Below the pieces are notes generated by a model that did not search any database, was not told where the DNA came from, and saw nothing but the letters and a program-made list of their open reading frames with translations. Below are positions 20,579 to 28,550 of a stretch of 49,683 nt of DNA, piece by piece. Source of the stretch: Legionellaceae bacterium (GTDB taxonomy: Bacteria; Pseudomonadota; Gammaproteobacteria; UBA12402); assembly GCA_002707695.1 (NCBI GenBank), contig PANR01000024.1, positions 1 to 49,683 on the forward strand, read 5' to 3'. Position 1 is the first letter of the stretch. Each line of letters starts with the position of its first letter. The position numbers and the translations under genes were made by a program.

Positions 20579-22021
20579 ATGATGATGACAGTTTCTCTTC
20601 CCAATTTTTACTGCTTGGTGCCAGAGATGGCGGTGTTGCTTGGCGCCTGTTTGGTATTAATGCTGGATGTGTTTGTTAAGCAAAAAGAACACTTGTTAAC
20701 TTTTTGGTTGACGGAAGCTGTTGTGGTGGTCGCTGCTATTTTAACTGCGCTGCAGTTTTACGATTCAACGATTGTGACGTTCCATGGCAATTTTATACGT
20801 GATGATTTTGGCAGTATTTGTAAGTTGTTTGTCTATTTAATTATGTTTGCCGCGTTTTATTTTTCGACTAATTATATCAGCGAGCGAAAAATTCATCAGG
20901 GCGAGTATTATGCGCTTGGTTTGTTTTCAATGTTGGGCATGATGATTTTAATTTCTGGCCATAGCTTGATTACCGTGTATTTGGGCTTAGAATTATTATC
21001 GTTGCCCCAGTATGCAATGATTGCGATGCAGCGTGACTCTGATCAAGCGCCTGAAGCAGCAATGAAGTACTTTATTATGGGCGCGATTGCGTCGGGTATT
21101 TTGCTTTATGGTATGTCGATGATCTATGGCGCGGCCAATAGTTTGCAGATCACCCAAATTGGAGCGTTCTCGCATACAGCGCAGGGCCTTCATTTTGCGA
21201 TGTTAACGTTTGGCATTTTGTTTTTGATTGTTGGTATTGGGTTTAAGCTCGGTGCAGTGCCTTTTCATAATTGGATTCCAGATGTTTATCAGGGCTCACC
21301 CGTTTCGGTAGCGTTGATTATTGGTACGGCGACTAAAATCGCGGGGTTTGGTATGGCCATTCGCCTGCTGGCTAACATGTTGCCAGGCGTGTTACATGAG
21401 TGGCAATTATGGTTAATTGTCGTGTCAATTGCTTCGATGGCAATAGGTAATTTACTCGCTATTGTGCAGACTAGTTTTAAGCGACTGTTGGGGTATTCGT
21501 CTGTTGCACAGATGGGTTATATGCTGCTAGGTTTGTTAACGGGTACAAAAGCAGGCTATTCAGCAGCTACGTTTTATGTGATTGTTTATGCGTTGATGGC
21601 GCTTGCCGCTTTTTCACTGTTAACGATGCTTAGTCGCAAAGGCATTGAGTTTGATCGCATTGAAGATTTAAAAGGTTTGAATTCGCGTAATCCGTGGATG
21701 GCATTTATGATGTTGCTGATCATGTTTTCAATGGCAGGCATACCGCCGCTAGTTGGATTTTTTGCAAAGGTAGCCGTGTTTGAAGCGCTGGTGAAAGTGC
21801 ATCTGGTGTGGGTTGCTTGCGTGGCGGTTATTTTGGCTGTTATTGGTGCTTATTATTACATTCATGTTGTGAAGGTGATGTATTTTGAAGAACCTGTCGA
21901 TGCAACGCCTTTGCATGCTGAGGGTGATGTTTGGGTGGTGTTCACGTTAAATAGTTTATTATTGTTAGGCTTGGGGATTTTTCCAACGGCGTTATATGCA
22001 TTGTGCTCGGGGTTGTTTTAG
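20579..22021 (+). CDS. nuoN: NADH-quinone oxidoreductase subunit N
   Basis: EAAMKYF, FKLGAVPFHNWIPDVYQG and SMAGIPPLVGF. Confidence 0.98.
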   Translation: MMMTVSLPNFYCLVPEMAVLLGACLVLMLDVFVKQKEHLLTFWLTEAVVVVAAILTALQFYDSTIVTFHGNFIRDDFGSICKLFVYLIMFAAFYFSTNYISERKIHQGEYYALGLFSMLGMMILISGHSLITVYLGLELLSLPQYAMIAMQRDSDQAPEAAMKYFIMGAIASGILLYGMSMIYGAANSLQITQIGAFSHTAQGLHFAMLTFGILFLIVGIGFKLGAVPFHNWIPDVYQGSPVSVALIIGTATKIAGFGMAIRLLANMLPGVLHEWQLWLIVVSIASMAIGNLLAIVQTSFKRLLGYSSVAQMGYMLLGLLTGTKAGYSAATFYVIVYALMALAAFSLLTMLSRKGIEFDRIEDLKGLNSRNPWMAFMMLLIMFSMAGIPPLVGFFAKVAVFEALVKVHLVWVACVAVILAVIGAYYYIHVVKVMYFEEPVDATPLHAEGDVWVVFTLNSLLLLGLGIFPTALYALCSGLF

Positions 22022-22042
22022 TGAGGGGGTTAGTTTTTTGTT

Positions 22043-22069
22043 GTCATCCTCGCGAAGGCGGGGATCCAG
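22043..22069 (+). repeat. Half-copy of the GTCA...TCCAG palindromic repeat
   Basis: GTCATCCTCGCGAAGGCGGGGATCCAG just downstream of nuoN. Confidence 0.75.
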
Positions 22070-22130
22070 GCACAAAAAATCAACACACATTTTCTCTGAA
22101 ACACCTCAATACCTTAGAAGGGAGTAAGTG

Positions 22131-22322
22131 ATGAGCGGATGGGAGCAGATTATTGTATTAGTGGCAGCGATCTTTTTGATTTGGTGGCTGTGGCGTATGG
22201 TGAAGCGCAATCCCGGTGCGTTTTCAAAAGTGAATTTGAATAAAAGCCTGTGGACGATGGGCTGGATAGTTTTAATTCTTATTGGCTTTGTTGCCATCCT
22301 CGTTTTTATCACACGGCATTGA
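22131..22322 (+). CDS. Small two-TM membrane protein
   Basis: AGGGAG RBS; two hydrophobic segments flanking KRNPGAFSKVNLNKS. Confidence 0.7.
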   Translation: MSGWEQIIVLVAAIFLIWWLWRMVKRNPGAFSKVNLNKSLWTMGWIVLILIGFVAILVFITRH

Positions 22323-22325
22323 TTT

Positions 22326-22628
22326 TTATTTCGCGGCGATTCGTGGCATTTTATTGATGGCAGCATAGACGTGGGCGAGGGTGGCGATTGTGATGTTTGC
22401 TTCGCCTTTGATAATTTTGGATACTTGGGTGGGGCTTTTGTCGAGTTTTTCAACCATTTCATTAAAGCCAATCTCGTTTTTTGACATGTAGTCAATAACT
22501 GCTTTAGAAATATCATGTTGCAAGGATCGAAGCGCTTGATATTCAAGTTTTGCAGCTGACTCAATTTCGGCAATTTCGTTTTTGTCTAAACGTTTTTTTA
22601 AGTAATCTTTAAAGTTTCTTGCTTTCAT
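22326..22628 (-). CDS. XRE/HTH antitoxin (HigA-like)
   Basis: HTH segment MVEKLDKSPTQVSKIIKGEANITIATL; lies downstream of the toxin. Confidence 0.8.
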   Translation of the reverse strand: MKARNFKDYLKKRLDKNEIAEIESAAKLEYQALRSLQHDISKAVIDYMSKNEIGFNEMVEKLDKSPTQVSKIIKGEANITIATLAHVYAAINKMPRIAAK

Positions 22629-22637
22629 TTGGTTTTC

Positions 22638-22937
22638 TCACACAGTTTTCAATAGCTGCCTTGCTTTTCTAATGTCACGTTGTTGCGTCTGTTTATTTCC
22701 GGCAACCAATAGGACAATGTCTTGCGTTTCATTAAATGCATAATAAATTCTTAGCCCAAATTTTCTTTCTCGCAGTTCAAACAAGCTTCTTCCCAGAGAT
22801 TTGCTGTGTGGCAGCTTTAACTCGTTGCCGCACATCTCTAATAGACACAGCTCCTTGGCAACCGATTTAAGTTGTGTGTTATCCAACTTATCGAGCCAAG
22901 TTTCCACATGCTCAGCATAAACAATATTCCAAGCCAT
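22638..22937 (-). CDS. RelE/ParE-superfamily toxin (HigB/Gp49-like)
   Basis: LPHSKSLGRSLFELR, GLRIYY and LLVAGNKQTQQRDI; toxin-first arrangement. Confidence 0.85.
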   Translation of the reverse strand: MAWNIVYAEHVETWLDKLDNTQLKSVAKELCLLEMCGNELKLPHSKSLGRSLFELRERKFGLRIYYAFNETQDIVLLVAGNKQTQQRDIRKARQLLKTV

Positions 22938-22961
22938 TTTTGATCCATATTTTTGTTATTG

Positions 22962-22977
22962 CTACTTTATATAGTAG
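22962..22977. promoter_or_regulatory. Candidate TA autorepression operator
   Basis: CTACT-N6-AGTAG inverted repeat about 25 nt upstream of the toxin ATG. Confidence 0.35.
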
Positions 22978-23088
22978 TCAATTATAATGTAATGTCAAGG
23001 CGTCTGATGTAAATAAAGTTACATGCGCAGTTTGTGTGAATATAGGCATCTATTTGAAAAATATAGCAATATTTTTGCAAGGCCCATT

Positions 23089-24732
23089 TTACGCAGGTTG
23101 TACTGGCTGCGCTGTGAATAGTGGTCGCCGTACTCGTGGGTGTGCATCTGCCTGAACCCTGCATGGTGGACGAAGCAGCGCAGAAGAATCAGATCCGAAA
23201 TGAGATTTTGCCGGTGTTTCGCTTGTTGTGGCTGGAGACTGTTCGCTAGTTGTATGGCGCTGTTGTGGCTTGTGCGCGCTGGGCGCAGGGGATGAGCGTG
23301 GTGTGGTGGCTGGAGAGCTCATTGGGCTTGAGTTGAACATGATCGCATGTCCGGTGTTTTCCGACAGTGTTGCTGCTAATCGTTCAAAAAAGTTAGCTAA
23401 TGCGCTGAGTATGATCAAGATAGACGCCACGCTGATAGGCGAGGGTGGTCTGCTGCTCGCTCGACTCGAGGCGCGTGATGATGCTGGGCTTGGGTTCGCC
23501 ATGTTGTCTGATGAGCTATTGCTCGCTGACACCGATCCGAATGTACCTAGCAAGTCAAAACCCCAGCCCCAGCTGTCGTCAGCAGCTTCCTCGTGTGGCT
23601 CAGTGATGATATTGGGTGTCTCAACTTTGTGTGACAAGGCGTGATCGTTTGGCATAAATTGAGTGCCCAAAAACCCTAAGCGTGGGAGCTCGTTGAACCA
23701 AACATTGCGTTTAGCAGAGTTGATTGCATCGTCTGTGAATTGAGCTTTTAACAGATCATCTGCGTGAAATCCTGCTTCAAGCAATGCTTGTGCGCTGAAG
23801 CCAGCGTCTTTGAGCTCGGCAGCGTTGTAATACTCTCGCATATCCGTTGCTCGTAACGCCTGGTCAGCTGCCTTTAATTCTTCAGCAGACCAGCCAGCGT
23901 GTTGTAAATCAAACAAAAAAGGTTTGAGTGTGCCGTATTGTTCTTTCAAGTAGGTTGGCGATAATGCTCCCTTTGTTTGTTCATCAAGCAGCATAATGCG
24001 GCCAATAGTTTCAGCGCTTGAATGAATGGTGACAGCGTCTCTGCCAATTTTTTCTCTCAGTGTTCTGGTTGAAAAGCTGTGGCGGTCCAGATGTTTTTGT
24101 AATCTTGCCTGTCTTTCTTGGGGTGAAATGTTGGCTTGATAAACGCTGGTATTTTCATCTAACACCGTATTAACTGTTTCAATGGCGTCTGACTCAATAT
24201 TAATTGATTCGCAGCGGTATGAAATATGCGTCTCACCATCTTGTTCTTTTGCAACAAATTTTATTTTAATGTCGGCAAGTTTGATTTTTTCTATCCCTGT
24301 ATCGCCAAATTGTTGAATATATTGTGGCAGTGTAAATAAACAAGAAAATTCACCCGGTTGGCTAAAACCGTTATGTTCAAGGTCAAAACTCACGTGCTGG
24401 CTAGCACCGCTTGAGCTGGTCGATGCTTGAAGGTTTTTTCCCATTAGACATTCAATTTCAGCGGACGTGAGCGGAGAAAAATGATAAGGAAACGCAATGT
24501 GTTTGCCTGTGATCCCGTTAAGTTCATCAGCGTGTGTGCTGTCACCGCTAACAAAACCTGCTTGGCTGAAGATATCGCGAACCAAGTTGGCAGTTTCAAC
24601 AGACAAGCCGTGCTGGGTGAACGCCGCTACAAATGCTTCATTGGCCTGGCCAAGCGCAGGATTTTCTCCATTGGTGCGCGTGAGGTATTCGGGATTGCTG
24701 GTATAACCAAGCGATTGGTGTGTTATTTTCAT
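23089..24732 (-). CDS. Hypothetical protein (547 aa) with LKxAGFSAxE decapeptide repeats and Ser/Pro-rich tail
   Basis: Long ORF containing LQHAGWSAEELKAA...ELKDAGFSAQALLEAGFHADDLLKAQF; disordered C-terminus. Confidence 0.75.
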   Translation of the reverse strand: MKITHQSLGYTSNPEYLTRTNGENPALGQANEAFVAAFTQHGLSVETANLVRDIFSQAGFVSGDSTHADELNGITGKHIAFPYHFSPLTSAEIECLMGKNLQASTSSSGASQHVSFDLEHNGFSQPGEFSCLFTLPQYIQQFGDTGIEKIKLADIKIKFVAKEQDGETHISYRCESINIESDAIETVNTVLDENTSVYQANISPQERQARLQKHLDRHSFSTRTLREKIGRDAVTIHSSAETIGRIMLLDEQTKGALSPTYLKEQYGTLKPFLFDLQHAGWSAEELKAADQALRATDMREYYNAAELKDAGFSAQALLEAGFHADDLLKAQFTDDAINSAKRNVWFNELPRLGFLGTQFMPNDHALSHKVETPNIITEPHEEAADDSWGWGFDLLGTFGSVSASNSSSDNMANPSPASSRASSRASSRPPSPISVASILIILSALANFFERLAATLSENTGHAIMFNSSPMSSPATTPRSSPAPSAHKPQQRHTTSEQSPATTSETPAKSHFGSDSSALLRPPCRVQADAHPRVRRPLFTAQPVQPA

Positions 24733-24895
24733 TGTTGTGAATCCATTTATTATTTAGGCTATGTTGCCCTTAGTCCTTGAATTCTATCAATTTGCAAGAA
24801 TGGTGTCTACGACATTTTACCACGCAAACATTGAGCAAATTTTGATGGTATGTGTTACAATAAACCTAGAGCTAATGTGTTAAAGGAGCATCTTC

Positions 24896-25504
24896 ATGTT
24901 ATCTGTTTGGGCCCGGTTGAGCGCTGCGTTGGGTTTTTCTCTGCGAGATAGAAAGAGAATAGATGAAAAAAAAATAGCAGAAGCCATTTTTTATGCATGT
25001 GCGTGTGACGATGAAGGCAGCGATGATGAGGCGCATTCGGCTTATTCAGTATTAGATGAGGTACCAGAAGAAAACTATCCAAACTATGCTCGGGCAATTT
25101 TTACCTTTATCAAACAAACGTATCGAGGCAGTGTTGATGACTTGCGTGTGGTGCTAGATGAGGTGTTAGACAGTGATACACGTCTTGGCAAGGTTTTTCA
25201 GTCAGCCCTACAAGCAGAAAAGCTATTAGCAGAGGTGCGTGCGTATCGAGATGCACTGCCACCTTTGGTTCAAGTCTCGCCAAAAAAGCAGTCAGATGCC
25301 AGTTCGGGTGTTGATGTATCGCCGTCAACTCCTACAAAGAAAAAATCTATATTTAACCGAGCGGTTGAGCCAGCTTCATCCTCTGATGATGAGGCGGGCG
25401 CGGTTCGCAGAAGCCCTCCTAGAAGGCTTCGAAAAAAGCGTAGTGATGGTGGTGATGATAGGCCACGCCATGGCCACACCCCTGGCGGCCGACCGAGCGC
25501 TTAG
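24896..25504 (+). CDS. Hypothetical protein (202 aa) with basic, low-complexity C-terminus
   Basis: AAGGAG RBS; helical N-half; SPKK, TPTKKK and RRSPPRRLRKKR in the tail. Confidence 0.75.
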   Translation: MLSVWARLSAALGFSLRDRKRIDEKKIAEAIFYACACDDEGSDDEAHSAYSVLDEVPEENYPNYARAIFTFIKQTYRGSVDDLRVVLDEVLDSDTRLGKVFQSALQAEKLLAEVRAYRDALPPLVQVSPKKQSDASSGVDVSPSTPTKKKSIFNRAVEPASSSDDEAGAVRRSPPRRLRKKRSDGGDDRPRHGHTPGGRPSA

Positions 25505-25605
25505 TGACAAATTATTTTTCATCAATTCTGGCACAGAACATGTGGGTATTTTTCATGCTTTAACGCTTTGGATTTTGCTTTCTCTATGCTACATTGATTC
25601 ACGGC

Positions 25606-26466
25606 ATGGATATTTTAACGGTTGACTATCAAGCTTCTAATGCACCTCGTCGATTTGCAGAATCGTTGCATCAAACCGGTTTTGCTGTGTTATCCAATCA
25701 TTCCGTTCCGCATGGATTATTCGATCGTGTGCGAGAAGATTGGCGTGCATTTTTTTCAAGACCCTTAGCAGAAAAAGAAAAATACTGGTACGACTTAGAT
25801 TTTCACGATGGTTATTATCCAACAGAAAGTGCGAAAAACCGCCCGGTGAATGATTTAAAAGAATTTTATCATATTGTGCCAAACGGTCGCGTGCCAGAAG
25901 GTGTTGGTCAAGACACGTGGGCGCTTCGCGAACAGTTATTTGCAATAGGTAGGCAATTGTTAACTTGGTTGCAGGACAACATGCCAAGTGAAATTGCTAA
26001 AAAATTACCGCTGAAATTACCTGATATGATGGATGAAGCGGGCAAAACGACATTGCGCATTATTCATTACCCGCCGTTAACAGGCAATGAGCCTAAAGAT
26101 GCAGTGCGTGCAGCTGAGCATGAAGATATTAATTTAATGACCGTGTTGCCCGCAGCAAATCAACCTGGGCTGCAAGTTAAAACCAAAGAAGGTAAGTGGC
26201 AAACGGTTCAATGTGATCCAGGTACTATTGTCATAAATGCCGGTGATCTGTTGCAAGAGTTTACCGAAGGGTTTTATAAATCCACCACACACCGCGTGAT
26301 CAATCCAGAAGGCGAATCAGCGCGCCATGCGCGTTTTTCTACGCCGATGTTTGTACATGCCAGACCTGATATTGCCTTATCAGCGCGTTATCCAACGGTG
26401 AAAGATTATGTTGATGAGCGTTTGGCAGCACAAGGGTTAAAACAGTTTAATAAGATCAATCGATAG
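25606..26466 (+). CDS. 2OG-Fe(II) oxygenase, isopenicillin N synthase-like (copy 1)
   Basis: TGFAVL, HEDIN (HxD), STTHRV and RFS motifs. Confidence 0.92.
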   Translation: MDILTVDYQASNAPRRFAESLHQTGFAVLSNHSVPHGLFDRVREDWRAFFSRPLAEKEKYWYDLDFHDGYYPTESAKNRPVNDLKEFYHIVPNGRVPEGVGQDTWALREQLFAIGRQLLTWLQDNMPSEIAKKLPLKLPDMMDEAGKTTLRIIHYPPLTGNEPKDAVRAAEHEDINLMTVLPAANQPGLQVKTKEGKWQTVQCDPGTIVINAGDLLQEFTEGFYKSTTHRVINPEGESARHARFSTPMFVHARPDIALSARYPTVKDYVDERLAAQGLKQFNKINR

Positions 26467-26478
26467 GGAGTATAGAGT

Positions 26479-27321
26479 ATGCAAGCAGCTGTTGTTGATT
26501 ATCAAGCGTCTGACGCGCCAGCAAAATTTGCAGAGTCATTGCATCAAACTGGCTTTGCTGTTTTAAAAAATCATCCTATTCCGCCTGAATTGTTTCAGCA
26601 AGTCAAAAACGAATGGGCAAAGTTTTTTGCTTCTGATGAAAAATTAAAATTTATGTATGATCGAGCAGCATGTCCTCAAGATGGTTATTTTCCGACAGAA
26701 AGTGCAAAGGGTGAGGTGCTTGATGACCTTAAAGAATTTTACCAGGTTTACCCGCATGGTCGTATGCCATCCTCAGTAAGTGAATCGACATGGCATTTGT
26801 TCCATGAGTTATACAAGATTGGCGTCGATACGTTAAAATGGTTGGATCAAAACATGCCGCGCGATATTCATCAAAAACTCAGTTGCCATTTGGAAGAGAT
26901 GGCTGATCCTGATATTCAAACATTATTGCGAATTATTCATTATCCCGCGCAGACAGGTGATGAAGACGAAGGCGCACTTCGTGCAGCAGATCATGAAGAC
27001 ATTAACTTAATCACTATTTTACCCGCTGCGGATGAACCAGGGTTAGAGGCGCAGGATCGTGCCGGCAATTGGCACGAAGTGCCCTGTGATCCAGGGATGA
27101 TTGTGGTGAATGCGGGTGATCCTTTGCAGATGAGCACAGAAGGTTATTATAAATCCACCACACATCGTGTTCGCAATCCAAGTAAAGAACGTATGCACTT
27201 GCCGCGTTATTCATTTCCGCTATTTTTGCATTGCAAAGGTGATGTGGTGTTGAACACGAAAACTGGTTTTACAGCGGGTGATTATCTTCGTGAGCGATTG
27301 GTTGAATTAGGTTTGGCTTAA
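26479..27321 (+). CDS. 2OG-Fe(II) oxygenase, isopenicillin N synthase-like (copy 2)
   Basis: Same motifs (HEDIN, STTHRV, RYS); paralog of the upstream gene. Confidence 0.92.
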   Translation: MQAAVVDYQASDAPAKFAESLHQTGFAVLKNHPIPPELFQQVKNEWAKFFASDEKLKFMYDRAACPQDGYFPTESAKGEVLDDLKEFYQVYPHGRMPSSVSESTWHLFHELYKIGVDTLKWLDQNMPRDIHQKLSCHLEEMADPDIQTLLRIIHYPAQTGDEDEGALRAADHEDINLITILPAADEPGLEAQDRAGNWHEVPCDPGMIVVNAGDPLQMSTEGYYKSTTHRVRNPSKERMHLPRYSFPLFLHCKGDVVLNTKTGFTAGDYLRERLVELGLA

Positions 27322-27392
27322 CGGGACCATTGCAAACAGCCCCTTAAACTTTAGTTATCGGGGCAATGATTAAAATAATCTCATTGGCGTAT

Positions 27393-27425
27393 ACCAAAAA
27401 GGCGGCTATTTGCCGCCTTTTTGGT
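27393..27425. terminator. Bidirectional intrinsic terminator
   Basis: ACCAAAAAGGCGGC-TATTT-GCCGCCTTTTTGGT between the convergent oxygenase and nrdB genes. Confidence 0.85.
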
Positions 27426-27435
27426 GTGTTTGATA

Positions 27436-28524
27436 CTAGTCTTCATCATCCCAAGATAATGAGCCGCCGGTTTGATATTCGGTGACACGTGTTTCAAAGA
27501 AATTTTTCTCTTTTTTCAGATCCATGACTTCGCTCATCCAAGGGAATGTGTTTTCCGCACCTGGATATTGCTCTGGCAAACCAATCTGCGCACAACGACG
27601 ATTGGCAATAAATTGCAAATATTCGCGGAAACTCTCTGCATTCATGCCAAGAATACCGCGCGGCATCGTATCAACTGCATATTGATATTCAAGTTCAACA
27701 CCTTCGCGAATCATGTTAATTGCTTCTTGTTGAAATGCTTCAGTCCACAAGCTTGGGTTTTCTAATTTGATTTGATTAATGACATCAATGCCAAAGTTAA
27801 GGTGCATGGATTCGTCACGAAGAATATATTGAAACTGCTCTGCAGTTCCAACCATTTTATTGCGACGACCCATTGATAAAATTTGCGTAAAGCCCACATA
27901 GAAGAAGATGCCTTCAAAGATGACATAGAAAGCCACCAAGTCACGCATGAGTCGTTGATTCGCTTCAGGTGTGCCAGTATGGAAGGTTGGATCACCTAAA
28001 CTTTGCGTATACTTCAATGCCCATGATGCTTTGCGTGCTACTGAGGGGAGTTCGCGATACATGTTAAATACTTCGGCTTCATCCAAACCTAAACTTTGCA
28101 CAACATAAGTATAAGCGTGTGTGTGAATGGCTTCCTCAAACGCTTGTCGCAACACATATTGGCGGCATTCAGGATTAGTGATGTGACGATAAACAGCAAG
28201 TACTAAGTTGTTAGCCACCAATGAATCAGCTGTTGAGAAAAACCCAAGGTTTTGTTTGACGATACGGCGTTCGTCTTCCGTTAGACCATTGGGGTCGCGC
28301 CATAACGCGATGTCGGCAGCCATGTTTACTTCCTGAGGCATCCAATGGTTTGCACAGCCTACGAGATATTTATCCCAAGCCCATTCATATTTGAATGGTA
28401 CCAGCTGATTGAGATCAGCTCGGCAGTTAATAATTTTTTTATCATCAACTTGAATGCGCGCGGCGCCCATTTCTAGCTCTTCTAAGCCGGTTGCACCGCC
28501 TTCGGTTGCTACTACTTCTGACAT
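27436..28524 (-). CDS. nrdB: Ribonucleotide reductase class Ia beta subunit
   Basis: EEAIHTHAY (radical Tyr present), FEGIFF, RDESMH and [10 protein letters not shown]; ATG at 28524 after AGGAGA. Confidence 0.97.
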   Translation of the reverse strand: MSEVVATEGGATGLEELEMGAARIQVDDKKIINCRADLNQLVPFKYEWAWDKYLVGCANHWMPQEVNMAADIALWRDPNGLTEDERRIVKQNLGFFSTADSLVANNLVLAVYRHITNPECRQYVLRQAFEEAIHTHAYTYVVQSLGLDEAEVFNMYRELPSVARKASWALKYTQSLGDPTFHTGTPEANQRLMRDLVAFYVIFEGIFFYVGFTQILSMGRRNKMVGTAEQFQYILRDESMHLNFGIDVINQIKLENPSLWTEAFQQEAINMIREGVELEYQYAVDTMPRGILGMNAESFREYLQFIANRRCAQIGLPEQYPGAENTFPWMSEVMDLKKEKNFFETRVTEYQTGGSLSWDDED

Positions 28525-28550
28525 ATCAATTCTCCTAAATATCAATTAAT

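Noticed and set aside
27436-28524. Class Ic (Mn/Fe, Tyr-less) NrdB
   Set aside because: The radical Tyr (EAIHTHAY) and first Asp ligand (STADS) are present, so it is ordinary class Ia.
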